From contig OY760686.1 of NCBI GenBank assembly GCA_963663865.1, positions 864,001 through 928,000 of the forward strand: a stretch of DNA of 64,000 nt, in the 5' to 3' direction. The notes beneath the pieces were generated by a model. The model made no database searches. It was not told the origin of the DNA and worked only from the letters and a program-made list of their open reading frames with translations. Below, piece after piece: positions 41,222 through 50,552 of this stretch. The position numbers and the translations under genes were made by a program. This stretch comes from Spirochaetota bacterium (lineage in GTDB: Bacteria; Spirochaetota; UBA4802; UBA5550). Each line of letters opens with the position of its first letter. Within the stretch, counting starts at the first letter, position 1.

Positions 41222-42130
41222 ATGATGACTTATAAAAGGTCGGTATCGGTTTTCGTTGCCTTGGCCGTTATAACGGTTGCCGGCGTAACGGTTCCGCTGG
41301 CTGTTAATTCCAAGATAATAACCAACGTTGATGCTGATATCAGTGCTCAGGAGTTACGTGCAGTTGTTGTTGATGATTTTGAAAGTGGACAGGTTGCCGC
41401 TGATATTTCTGCGGACGGTTGGTTTATCAAATCAACCCCCAAGCAGTACAAAAATGCGGACACTGAAAAAAAATTAAAAAGAAAGAATCCTGTGCCGGTG
41501 TTACAGATGAAGTATATTACCGGCGGACCCAACGACATGGCGGTTGAGCAGTGGTCGCTCACCGGGCTCGGAATGAAAAAAGAAAAGTGCCTCGGAGTAA
41601 ACTTCAAATTCAGATATCCGGGTTTCAATTCTGTACACATGGTTGCTCCAAAAGAAGTTGACTGGCAGTCAAAAAAACCTGTTATGAGAAACAATCCGAG
41701 CACTGGCAAGGAGGAGCAGGAAAGAGGTATTCAGCTTCCGGGACAGGCAAGGGCAATATCATTGTGGGTTCACGGAAGAGGAAATCCCTATGACCTGGAG
41801 ATATGGGTCAAGGATTACAGGGGAGATACCTATATCCTTAAGGCTGGTTCAGTAAACTTTGTAGGATGGAGACCAATGAGGGTTGAGATACCTGTGAGTG
41901 TGCCGCAGTCTTATGAGTCTTATCCTCAGACAAGGGTGACCAAGCTGACAGAGATAGTACTCAGGGCTCAGATGGGCAAATCTGCCGAAGAGCTGACTGA
42001 GGATACTTTCTTTTTCTTTGATCAGATAAAGGTTCTTACTGACACTTATGAGGTTAACTTTGATGGTAGTGACCTTCATAAATTGTTTGAAAATGGCGGG
42101 GAACAACAGCAGCCTAAACCGCAGAATTGA
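41222..42130 (+). CDS. flaA: flagellar filament outer layer (sheath) protein FlaA, FlaA1-like
   Basis: VDDFE, GIQLPG, ISLWVHGRG, DYRG, NFVGWRP, FFDQIKVLTD.YE..FDG. Confidence 0.93.
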   Translation: MMTYKRSVSVFVALAVITVAGVTVPLAVNSKIITNVDADISAQELRAVVVDDFESGQVAADISADGWFIKSTPKQYKNADTEKKLKRKNPVPVLQMKYITGGPNDMAVEQWSLTGLGMKKEKCLGVNFKFRYPGFNSVHMVAPKEVDWQSKKPVMRNNPSTGKEEQERGIQLPGQARAISLWVHGRGNPYDLEIWVKDYRGDTYILKAGSVNFVGWRPMRVEIPVSVPQSYESYPQTRVTKLTEIVLRAQMGKSAEELTEDTFFFFDQIKVLTDTYEVNFDGSDLHKLFENGGEQQQPKPQN

Positions 42131-42200
42131 GGTTGAGGGCGTAACTATTTCTCTGAAAGTTTTCCCAAAAAAATAAAATTCAGGCTGTTTTATTCTAATG

Positions 42201-42231
42201 AAATACCCATCAGAGCAAGGTGGGTATTTTT
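42201..42231 (+). terminator. intrinsic terminator after flaA pair
   Basis: aaatacccatc-N7-ggtgggtattt plus T-run. Confidence 0.75.
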
Positions 42232-42375
42232 ATATTTTAAAGATATTCCAGATCCGGCTGATGATTACTGATCGAATATCTGAATGTTTTCAAAGCTCCA
42301 ATATTGATTATTTCTTTGTGAGGGCTATCACACTATAATATTTCCGGTGTTTTTATGCCCGGAAGGGAAGGGACC

Positions 42376-45078
42376 ATGGCTCAAGAAAAATTTATGAACA
42401 GACTAGAACTTCTTTTTAAAGAGGAACAGTGGGGAAGATTCGAGCCGCGCGACATTGGTATATCAAAGTTTAAGATTCTCGATGATCTTTTTAACTCGGC
42501 TGTTTCGGAAGGTAAAATAGACGAAGTGTATGAAGCCTGCAAGGCTCACATAGAAGAACATGAGGAGTCTATAACCGCGATTTATCTTATAGGGCTTACC
42601 GGGTATCACAGAGACAGAATTCAGGACTCGCTGCAGCTTAAAAAGCTGATTGATGTGTTCATGTCACATCAGAAGTGGGCAGTTGTCGAGCTCATTGCGG
42701 ATAAAATACTGGAGTTTGGTGAGAACAGCTTTGCTCTGAGGGCGCTTGCAGTGAGCCTTGAACGCCTGGGGCGTAACAGAGAAGCGATTCCAATACTCGA
42801 AAATCTTCTCAAAATTGATCGATTTGATACAGAGGTTGCTAAAAAACTCTCGCTTGCTGTCGTAAATGAAGACCAGGCAAAGAGTATTCATTACATGAAG
42901 CTTGCTATTGAGGGATTCGCGAAGAAAAAGGACTATGATGAAGTCGTTACACTGTGGAACAAGCTCATTCCACTTTCATGGTCAGAATTGAATTTTTTCG
43001 AAAGAATTGAAAGGACGCTTACGGACGCCAAACAGTATGACCTTGCCGCCGGTCTGATTAAATCGCTGTGGCATAAATACAGAGATGAAGAGATGGTGGA
43101 CGAGTCCATTGATCTTCTGAAGAAGATACTTGGTTACAGGCCTGATGATAACCAGGCCCGAAGGGACTTAATCAAGGCATACGGTCAGAAATACGGCAAT
43201 CATTCTCAGTATGAACAGTTTCTTCAGCTTTCCAAGCTTAATAACTACAAGGTACCTGTAAAATACGCAATTCAGGATTTTGAGAAGAATATTGTTTTTG
43301 ATGTCGGGAACTATGTTTTTCACAATTCCTGGAAGCTCGGGAAAATATCAGATATTGACAGCGAGTACATTGTTATAGACTTTAAGGACAAGGCTGCTCA
43401 CCGAATGGGCATTCAGATGGCGCTTCAGTCGCTTATGCCTGTATCTTCTGATCACCTCTACGTGGCTGAGTATGAGGACCAGGCGAATGTTGAGAAGATG
43501 TTCAGAGAGGATTTTCTGAATTTCTTTGAGATTCTTATCCGCTCATATAACGGTGAGATTAAACTTGCTGATATTAAACATGAACTTCTCGGCAAATACA
43601 TTGACGAGAAGGGATGGGCTAAATGGTGGACCCGTGCCAGGACATTAATCAAAAAAGACCCCAGATACGGGGTGTCTGAGAAAAGCAAGGACTTGATTTT
43701 CCTCAGAGATAAACCTGTAACATACGAGGATGATCTGCTTGATAAGTTCTCGAAGACAGATTCTTTTGCAGTAAGGCTTGGTATTGCGATTGAATTTGTA
43801 AATAATGTTAATACTGATAGCGAATCGCATGTTATAGATTTCTTTATTAATTATTTTTCTGAACAGGTCAAAGGGGCATCCACAACGAGGCTTGTACTGT
43901 CATATTTTATTCTGAAGGATATAAAGAATAACTTTAAATCAGGTAAAATCAAGCTTGAAACGACAATACACAAGGTTGAAGAGTTTATTAAAAATTCATC
44001 CGAGTTAAATCTGTTGTCAACAAAGATCACTTCCTATGACTATAAGAAGGACCTCGTTAACTTAATTGAGGAGACCAGAGACGATTGGCAGCTGGTATTG
44101 CTTGAGCTCCTCTTTGAATCACCAGTTAGAATTCACAGGTATATAATCAACAAGCTCATAAGGGCTCACGGATATAATACCATAAACACTTTTATCGACC
44201 GTATAATCGCAGGTTCGAAGCAGTATCCGGAGGTATTCTTCTGGGTAGCTAAAAATATTCTTACAAAGACGTGGGATTACGAGTGGATTGACTATTCAAG
44301 GGATACGCTTGTTACAACCTTCTTCAGATTGATGAGTGATCTCAAGCGTATAGAAACAGATGGTTCCAGGCTGAAAAACATGTCGATTGAAATTCTATTC
44401 GATAATGAAAGCGCGGTCCTTGGTGAGATGGTTAAGGATTCATCAGAGCTGTTGATAGGTAAGCTTTATGATCTTTTTCTACACATTCCTTTTATCGAGG
44501 AAGCACAGGCAGATAAATTCCTCGCTCTTATCAAGGAGAGATATCCATCTTTCAGTCTTGAACAGACTGAAAAGGCGGAAGACTTCAAAGTTATTGAGGA
44601 AAAGCTTATTGCAACAAAAGAAGGCTATGAGAAGAAAAAAGCCGAACTTGAGAGGATGAAGAAGGTTGAGATGGCGGCGCTTTCAAAAGAGCTCGCAAGA
44701 GTAGCAGAGGTCTCAGCTGATGTTCGCGATAATACTGATTATAATGCGCTGCTCGAAAAACAGTCCGTTTTGCAGCTTGCAATATCCAAGCTGGACGAGG
44801 AGATGAAAGATGTAACAATTCTTGATCTGGAAACTGTTGGAACTGATTCGGTTAACATCGGGAACAGCGTCACTGTTGAAAACAGGGACACCGGCGAAAT
44901 CAGGGAGTATGTCGTCATTGGGCCATGGGATGCGGATTTTGAAAAGGGTATTCTTTCTTACAGATCACCAATTGCAAGAGCGTTTCTGGGGAAGAAGCTT
45001 GGAGAAGAGTTTAATATGAAGATTGATGATGTTGATACGACTTTCATAGTTAAAAGGATTGAAAAATATCATCAGTAA
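42376..45078 (+). CDS. greA: long-form transcription elongation factor GreA with N-terminal TPR-like extension
   Basis: C-terminal Gre domain (TKEGY, D..DN.DY, IGPWDAD, LSYRSPIARAFLGK); ~740-aa N-terminal region typical of spirochaete/chlamydial GreA. Confidence 0.92.
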   Translation: MAQEKFMNRLELLFKEEQWGRFEPRDIGISKFKILDDLFNSAVSEGKIDEVYEACKAHIEEHEESITAIYLIGLTGYHRDRIQDSLQLKKLIDVFMSHQKWAVVELIADKILEFGENSFALRALAVSLERLGRNREAIPILENLLKIDRFDTEVAKKLSLAVVNEDQAKSIHYMKLAIEGFAKKKDYDEVVTLWNKLIPLSWSELNFFERIERTLTDAKQYDLAAGLIKSLWHKYRDEEMVDESIDLLKKILGYRPDDNQARRDLIKAYGQKYGNHSQYEQFLQLSKLNNYKVPVKYAIQDFEKNIVFDVGNYVFHNSWKLGKISDIDSEYIVIDFKDKAAHRMGIQMALQSLMPVSSDHLYVAEYEDQANVEKMFREDFLNFFEILIRSYNGEIKLADIKHELLGKYIDEKGWAKWWTRARTLIKKDPRYGVSEKSKDLIFLRDKPVTYEDDLLDKFSKTDSFAVRLGIAIEFVNNVNTDSESHVIDFFINYFSEQVKGASTTRLVLSYFILKDIKNNFKSGKIKLETTIHKVEEFIKNSSELNLLSTKITSYDYKKDLVNLIEETRDDWQLVLLELLFESPVRIHRYIINKLIRAHGYNTINTFIDRIIAGSKQYPEVFFWVAKNILTKTWDYEWIDYSRDTLVTTFFRLMSDLKRIETDGSRLKNMSIEILFDNESAVLGEMVKDSSELLIGKLYDLFLHIPFIEEAQADKFLALIKERYPSFSLEQTEKAEDFKVIEEKLIATKEGYEKKKAELERMKKVEMAALSKELARVAEVSADVRDNTDYNALLEKQSVLQLAISKLDEEMKDVTILDLETVGTDSVNIGNSVTVENRDTGEIREYVVIGPWDADFEKGILSYRSPIARAFLGKKLGEEFNMKIDDVDTTFIVKRIEKYHQ

Positions 45079-45202
45079 AAAATTGATTGCGGACCAATAA
45101 GCGTTTAACGGGCCTACGGCAGGGGAGCGCTTATTGGGTCAGGATTTGGTAGAATGGCTGAATACAGTCCGAATATTTATCCGGCAGCTGCCGGAAAATA
45201 AT

Positions 45203-45230
45203 TTGACAAAAATGCCGCAGCATTTAGCCT
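45203..45230 (+). promoter_or_regulatory. putative sigma70 promoter of tRNA-Leu
   Basis: TTGACA-N16-TAGCCT, 12 nt before the tRNA. Confidence 0.55.
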
Positions 45231-45242
45231 GATAAACCTAAA

Positions 45243-45326
45243 GCCGCGATGGTGAAATTGGTAGACACGCTAGGTTCAGGGTCTAGTGGGCGTACGCCTG
45301 TGAGGGTTCGAATCCCTCTCGCGGCA
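45243..45326 (+). tRNA. tRNA-Leu(CAG)
   Basis: Acceptor GCCGCGA/TCGCGGC + A; D-arm with GGTAG; anticodon stem CTAGG/TCTAG, loop TT-CAG-GG; long variable arm; GGTTCGAATCC; CCA not encoded. Confidence 0.97.
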
Positions 45327-45444
45327 GTTTATATCCCCCCTTATATTATTAAACTGACAAACTCCAAAAAGACTAATTGTTTTAGCATTATGTCCGATTA
45401 CTATAATAAGCTGATGTGCAAGTTTTGTCAGGAAGGTAAAGGAC

Positions 45445-45864
45445 ATGTTTGAAAGTAATCATATTGCCGGTGTGCGGAATGATGTAATAAGCTCGATAAA
45501 GGAGAGGGTGAAGTCTATAATGATGTCTAACTCCGAAGAGCCCGTCTATCTTGACGGAATTGCTGTTAAAGCGCCTCTCAGCTATGGTAATGGGATTCCG
45601 GTCACGGTAAAGCTGAACAGTATTTTCTGTGATGACGCAGATCTTTTATGTGCCGACATAATAGGCGATGTATCATCATATAACAGCGGCGTTATTTTCG
45701 GCTGTGTGATTGAAGAAATGAGGATTGAGGAGCTGGAAAAAATTATATGCTATCTCAATTCAGAATATCCTGTTTGTGAAAGGAAACAGAATACTGGCAG
45801 ATTTATCAGACGCAGACCATTTTCTATGCTCAGGAACGAAGGACAGTTCCAGGAAGCTCATTGA
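45445..45864 (+). CDS. hypothetical protein
   Basis: 139-aa ORF with AAGG/AGGA SD; no known motif. Confidence 0.55.
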   Translation: MFESNHIAGVRNDVISSIKERVKSIMMSNSEEPVYLDGIAVKAPLSYGNGIPVTVKLNSIFCDDADLLCADIIGDVSSYNSGVIFGCVIEEMRIEELEKIICYLNSEYPVCERKQNTGRFIRRRPFSMLRNEGQFQEAH

Positions 45865-45886
45865 AAGCGAGGGTCACGTCATTATT

Positions 45887-46258
45887 ATGAACACTTTTAG
45901 TAACAAGAAGGACGCTGTTGATGAATTCATGACTTATATTGAAAACGAATACCTGGAGCTCGAAGGAAAGATTTTTAAGTTACTTGTTAATCTCATGTCA
46001 CTCATGCAGGTAAACACCTTCGAACTTAGCGTTCCTGTGGATGGAGTTACGGATGAGGGGAGAGTGTCTGCGGTCTGCAACGGCATATATTACGACTCTG
46101 AAGTCGACCTTGTGAGGATCGCTATTGATGATGGGGCCGTCCTTGAATGGAGACAACTTGGCCTGGACTCAAAGCTTTTCGTTGTGAGCGAACTTTATCA
46201 TGTATATTGTTCTCAAAGACATTATCGTGATCTCTCAGGTAATGTCCTTGAGAACTGA
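45887..46258 (+). CDS. hypothetical acidic protein
   Basis: Start trimmed to ATG 45887 (MNTFSNKK) to remove overlap with the upstream ORF. Confidence 0.55.
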   Translation: MNTFSNKKDAVDEFMTYIENEYLELEGKIFKLLVNLMSLMQVNTFELSVPVDGVTDEGRVSAVCNGIYYDSEVDLVRIAIDDGAVLEWRQLGLDSKLFVVSELYHVYCSQRHYRDLSGNVLEN

Positions 46259-46265
46259 TTGTTTA

Positions 46266-46796
46266 TTACTTAATGGCTTTCTTTATTGAAGATATTGCTT
46301 TTGCGATTTCTGAGCTGCTCATTTTACCGCGGTGCATGTAAATGATCTTTCCGCTCTTATCAACGACTATACAGACTGAAAGCCCATTGCAGTTTCCGAG
46401 ATGCCACTTTGTCTTCAGTATGTAATCCGGATCAGTTAGTATTACGGAATTGAACTTCTTTTCTTTTCCCCGGATGATTTTTCGGATGAGCATGTTAGGC
46501 TTCCAGGGGGCATCTTTCAGATTCGCTATACCTAATCCTCTGTATTGTGTTTTAGGAAAGTTTTCCTTCTTAAACGCCTCGGCGGCTGTATCATTCTGGT
46601 CGGCAACATCAGGGTCCGTATAGAAAATGGCTAGAACCTTTTTGCCGAAATCAGGTATCATGGCGGGTTTATCGCTGCTGTCACGGAGCTGAACCTGCTG
46701 AACTGTCTCCGCGGCCGATAAATCTGAGACGCATAAAACCGCTAATGTTAAAAGGGCTGAAAGGGAGAATGCAAATGTTTTGTTCATAGTATCCAT
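46266..46796 (-). CDS. YtfJ-like exported thioredoxin-fold protein
   Basis: Signal peptide; GKKVLAIFY.D, GIANL.D, ILTD, VVDKSGKIIY..G.MS..E; no CxxC. Confidence 0.7.
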   Translation of the reverse strand: MDTMNKTFAFSLSALLTLAVLCVSDLSAAETVQQVQLRDSSDKPAMIPDFGKKVLAIFYTDPDVADQNDTAAEAFKKENFPKTQYRGLGIANLKDAPWKPNMLIRKIIRGKEKKFNSVILTDPDYILKTKWHLGNCNGLSVCIVVDKSGKIIYMHRGKMSSSEIAKAISSIKKAIK

Positions 46797-46877
46797 CCGG
46801 TTAGTTTATTAAGTACAATGCCTTTTCAAGAACATTGTATTACATGTAAACAATATTCGGAATATGTCCAGTAATTA

Positions 46878-47630
46878 TTATGTGAGGCTGTCCCATATAA
46901 GCTGACTGCCGTCAATTACAGGCCCGTCTTTGCAGGCCCGTTTCTGGCCCGATTTTGTTTCAACAGTGCAGCCGGAGCAGATTCCAAAACCGCATCCGAA
47001 GTAGTTTTCAAGTGAGACTTCAACCGGCGCGAAGTCTTCTGCCGATTGAGCTACGGCGCGCATCATGGGCGTTGGACCGCATGTATATATCCTTTTAAAT
47101 TTTTGTTTGTTAAGAATATCGGGCATTATTTCGGTGGCAAATCCTCTGGTTCCTGCAGAACCGTCATCTGTCATGAGATGGAATGATAAGGATGCGTCCC
47201 GGTATTTGTCTTCACAGTAAATATATCGTGAAGATCTTGAACAGTATATGTAAGTAATGGAGCAACCTCTTTGACGAAGCTCTTCTGACAGGTAAAACAA
47301 GGGTGCGTTTCCGACACCTCCGCCGACGATAAGTACATTCCCTCCTTTTTCGATTGTGAACCCGTTGCCGAAGGGGCCTATAATATCAATGGGGCCCGGT
47401 TCGGTATTAACGATTAAATCAGTCCCTTTTCCAATACGCTGTACTATAAGTTCAAGTATTTTGTCATAGTAGTTAAAAATTGAAAATGGACGTCTGAGAA
47501 GAGGATCAAGGTTATTACCCGCCTTTATACTGACAAACTGACCTGGCTGCGGTTTTGGACAGTCAGATTTTATCCTTAACAGGAAGTGGTTTTCTGAAAC
47601 TGGTAAAGGCTTTTCGAGCAGCTCAGGCAT
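46878..47630 (-). CDS. pyrK: dihydroorotate dehydrogenase B electron-transfer subunit
   Basis: PGQFV, LRRPFSI, GPFGNGF, GGGVGNAP, CGPTPMM, CGFGICSGC...C 2Fe-2S motif. Confidence 0.9.
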   Translation of the reverse strand: MPELLEKPLPVSENHFLLRIKSDCPKPQPGQFVSIKAGNNLDPLLRRPFSIFNYYDKILELIVQRIGKGTDLIVNTEPGPIDIIGPFGNGFTIEKGGNVLIVGGGVGNAPLFYLSEELRQRGCSITYIYCSRSSRYIYCEDKYRDASLSFHLMTDDGSAGTRGFATEIMPDILNKQKFKRIYTCGPTPMMRAVAQSAEDFAPVEVSLENYFGCGFGICSGCTVETKSGQKRACKDGPVIDGSQLIWDSLT

Positions 47631-48211
47631 TATATATCTCCATTATTAGTAATTATCAGTTTGATCGCGGCCAGTTCTGTGTATACGGGGCCTTCAGGTT
47701 TTAGTTCTGAACTGAAGAGAGATATTCTGTCAAACAAATCTTGTCCAAAGTTTATCTCCTTGTGAGACTCAACATACTGAAACAGGGCCTTCGGCGGACA
47801 GGCTCCCTTTCTGATTCTCGCTAGAGTAATATGGGGGTGAAATTTGCGGTTGATTTGGTTTTCATCAGTGCCAATCAGGGAGTCAACCAGTTTGAGGGCC
47901 GTTTCAATTTTTGAAAAATCTCCATGAAGCCCGCACCAGATTACAGAGAGTCCTTCAGAGCCAGAAAATGAGCCAAGACCACGGAGTCTACATGGGACTT
48001 GAAGGTCAAAATCGCCCCGGCTGTTGAAGAGTTCGGAAAGCCTGTCAGCGTCGTGTACTGAAACATCTCCAAGGAATCTGAGGGTTAGATGGAGATTGGA
48101 CGGGGCGACTTGCTTTACCTGTCTGTATATTGAGTGCAGTTTGCTTGTCTGTTCGGAGAGATTGCTTTTAAGGGACTGCGGGAGCGGCATCGCCGTGAAT
48201 AATCTTGGCAT
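47630..48211 (-). CDS. thpR: RNA 2',3'-cyclic phosphodiesterase (2H family)
   Basis: RLFTA, HLTLRFLG, HPHITLAR, SELKPEGPVY; start 48211 preferred. Confidence 0.93.
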   Translation of the reverse strand: MPRLFTAMPLPQSLKSNLSEQTSKLHSIYRQVKQVAPSNLHLTLRFLGDVSVHDADRLSELFNSRGDFDLQVPCRLRGLGSFSGSEGLSVIWCGLHGDFSKIETALKLVDSLIGTDENQINRKFHPHITLARIRKGACPPKALFQYVESHKEINFGQDLFDRISLFSSELKPEGPVYTELAAIKLIITNNGDI

Positions 48212-48215
48212 GAAA

Positions 48216-48503
48216 TTACTCGATAATTTTTGGAACCACGAAATGTCCATCCTCAAATGCCGGAGCTGTCTCTGCTATCTGCTCAACAGTGAAGGTTTTA
48301 ACTGCCACGTCATCTCTGAAAACACTTTTCTGGTCAGCAATGTGATCGAGAGGTTTAACGTCTGAGGTATCAAGCTCGCTGATCTTATCAACATAGTTCA
48401 AAATGTCTGAAAGCTGCATCGTGAATTCAGATATCTCTGAATCTGAAAGCTGGAGCCTGGCAAGGGTTGATACTCTGTCTATAGTATTTTTGTCAAATTT
48501 CAT
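48216..48503 (-). CDS. gatC: Asp/Glu-tRNA amidotransferase subunit C
   Basis: 95 aa from ATG 48503; LARL, ILNYVDKI.ELDT, FRDD, AP..EDGHFVVPKII. Confidence 0.93.
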   Translation of the reverse strand: MKFDKNTIDRVSTLARLQLSDSEISEFTMQLSDILNYVDKISELDTSDVKPLDHIADQKSVFRDDVAVKTFTVEQIAETAPAFEDGHFVVPKIIE

Positions 48504-48537
48504 TGTTCTTGTCCTTTTACAGTGTCTGAGATGGAAA

Positions 48538-49233
48538 TTACTTGTAAATACTGTTTTCCGGTAAGGTGAAAAAATCGCCATCAACTCTATACTCGTATTC
48601 AGCCATATCAAATGCAATGATTTTTTCAACTCCGGCGAGCGAGACGGTAAAATTAATTTTATACCTTTTATCAGGAGTCTGGTGTCTTTTGAATGCTGCA
48701 ATTCTAATAATGGTGTCATCAGGAAGAATAAAACCGGCATTGTAAGGTATGGTGCTGGCAGCGAGATCGGTTGAACCGTCAGGCGGTTCCGCTGAAAGAA
48801 GTCTCCTCTGAGAAAAAAGCTTTTTGAAATCGACCCCGTACCCTCGATACATTATTTGATGAGTATCGGCGCTGAGCATTTTTTCAATATGCTTCCCATA
48901 TATAGATGAGCCGTCCTTCAGATAAAAAGGCCTGTTCCAGGTGTTTTTTACAGATATTACAAAGAAATTCAAATCCGGTATGAAGAGGCCGCCTGGCTGA
49001 CTGATTTCGGGTTTAATGCCGAAATCATGGATAATTTTCTCCAGTCTTTGGGGTGTTATCCATGATATAGTGATGTCACAGTAAACCGATCTTATGGTTG
49101 AGGTGTGTCTGTCAATTCTTTCAACTGACGGGCTGTCAGGTGCCGCATGATATCTGTAGAAGCCGGATGAATAGGCACAGTTGAGAAAAAGGAGCAGCGA
49201 AAGTAAAGCTGGAATATGCGGATATGCTTTCAT
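48538..49233 (-). CDS. hypothetical lipoprotein
   Basis: Spirochaete-type lipobox LFLN-C. Confidence 0.6.
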   Translation of the reverse strand: MKAYPHIPALLSLLLFLNCAYSSGFYRYHAAPDSPSVERIDRHTSTIRSVYCDITISWITPQRLEKIIHDFGIKPEISQPGGLFIPDLNFFVISVKNTWNRPFYLKDGSSIYGKHIEKMLSADTHQIMYRGYGVDFKKLFSQRRLLSAEPPDGSTDLAASTIPYNAGFILPDDTIIRIAAFKRHQTPDKRYKINFTVSLAGVEKIIAFDMAEYEYRVDGDFFTLPENSIYK

Positions 49234-49238
49234 AAAGC

Positions 49239-50324
49239 TTACCTTACCTGGTGAGGGTTCCGCGTAATTTCTTCGGTGAACCGTTTTAAGTCGGCTTCCG
49301 GGTCAGATGAATCCGATTTAATCCGTTTAAGCACATCAAAAGTCTTCTTGAGACTTTCTCCGCATGCCTGATGCAGGCGTTCAAACTTTGCCAGATCCTT
49401 TCCGTAATGAATGAAGGAAAGAATGAAGGCGTTGTTCCAATCATATTCGATAAAGCGCCTGTATCCGGGCGCTTCAGAGGCAATGTTCCTGATAAAAAGA
49501 GCTTTGCCGTCATTGATAATTTTTTTCTTCTGAGAGAGCTTATTGTTTATGTCGATTTCGGATGCGTATAGCGAATCCAAATCCGTGTAGAGTTTTCTGA
49601 AAAAAGCATAAAACTTTTCACTGCTTCTGTTTGAGCGCTCAGCTGCCAGAAATAACTTACTTTTGGCCCCGTATTTTTTTGAAAGAAAGAGCTTTGCCCC
49701 TTCATGGCCTGAAAATGTCGCGAGCTCTTCGTTAAAACGAATCTTGTTCTTGATAAACAGCGTCGTGTGAGTCTGTTCGTGAATGATCAGAGAGGCGAGG
49801 TTGTAGGGAGAATAATCTTCCATGTATGAAAAAAGCGGGTCAGAGAGGATGCCAAGCGAGCTGAAAGCCCTGACCTTCCTGATGTAAACATCATACCCAT
49901 TATTTTTTAGCGACGCTGCCTCTTGTTCTGCGTCCTCTTTGCTGAAATAGGCTCTGTAGGGGAAGCTTCCGAAAATCGGATAGCTCCAGCGTCTGGCTGA
50001 AAATGAATCGCTTTTGCATGCGGTAAGCAAATAGTGTAGAAAATTTCTATCCATCTTTACGTATGACGTATAATTCGAATTTTCAATTAATCCAATCTCG
50101 CTGAAGGCGAAATTTCTTATCTCATTCACTAATTCTATAAATTCTCTTGTTTTGGTTGGGGTGGATTTTGACTTCAGAAGTTCGTTGTTGTTGCGTGCCG
50201 CCAGCATGTACGAAGCGATATGCCATCCCTGTTTTAAAAGATATCTGGATGAATAGAGAAGCAGCACAATGATTATTAACAGAGCGATAATGGTGAGCTT
50301 TTTAAAGTTAATCGTTTCTGGCAT
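49239..50324 (-). CDS. putative zinc aminopeptidase (DUF2265-like)
   Basis: WSYPIFGSFPYRAYF, AFSSLG..SDP, HEQTH...FNEELATF; start 50324 preferred. Confidence 0.85.
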   Translation of the reverse strand: MPETINFKKLTIIALLIIIVLLLYSSRYLLKQGWHIASYMLAARNNNELLKSKSTPTKTREFIELVNEIRNFAFSEIGLIENSNYTSYVKMDRNFLHYLLTACKSDSFSARRWSYPIFGSFPYRAYFSKEDAEQEAASLKNNGYDVYIRKVRAFSSLGILSDPLFSYMEDYSPYNLASLIIHEQTHTTLFIKNKIRFNEELATFSGHEGAKLFLSKKYGAKSKLFLAAERSNRSSEKFYAFFRKLYTDLDSLYASEIDINNKLSQKKKIINDGKALFIRNIASEAPGYRRFIEYDWNNAFILSFIHYGKDLAKFERLHQACGESLKKTFDVLKRIKSDSSDPEADLKRFTEEITRNPHQVR

Positions 50325-50517
50325 TTCATTCCCTAATTGGATTCTCAGCTTTAATAATACTTTTTCCGGCGGTGTTAATCCATAAACAATCCGATTAAAC
50401 GGGTATTGTACGAGTTTAATCGGCATCTGCTGTAAGCTGCCTGCTGTATCAGATATACATTTATTATAAATCGTTAAAGCTATGTCAAACAGTTTGCGAA
50501 ACCTCCCTGTAAAGATG

Positions 50518-50546
50518 TTGACGAAAAGCTGTCGCGCTGCCAGAAT
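50518..50546 (+). promoter_or_regulatory. sigma70-type promoter with extended -10
   Basis: TTGACG-N17-CAGAAT with TG at -15/-14, 6 nt before ATG 50553. Confidence 0.55.
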
Positions 50547-50552
50547 TATACT

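Noticed and set aside
45249-45452. 67-aa ORF MVKLVDTLGSG...
   Set aside because: It is the translation of the tRNA-Leu gene
45326-46300. Integrated element at tRNA-Leu
   Set aside because: No integrase, no duplicated tRNA 3' end seen, and housekeeping genes resume within 1.5 kb
48504-48740. N-terminally extended 174-aa GatC (apparent fusion)
   Set aside because: The extension overlaps the upstream lipoprotein gene; the true start at 48503 gives a normal 95-aa GatC
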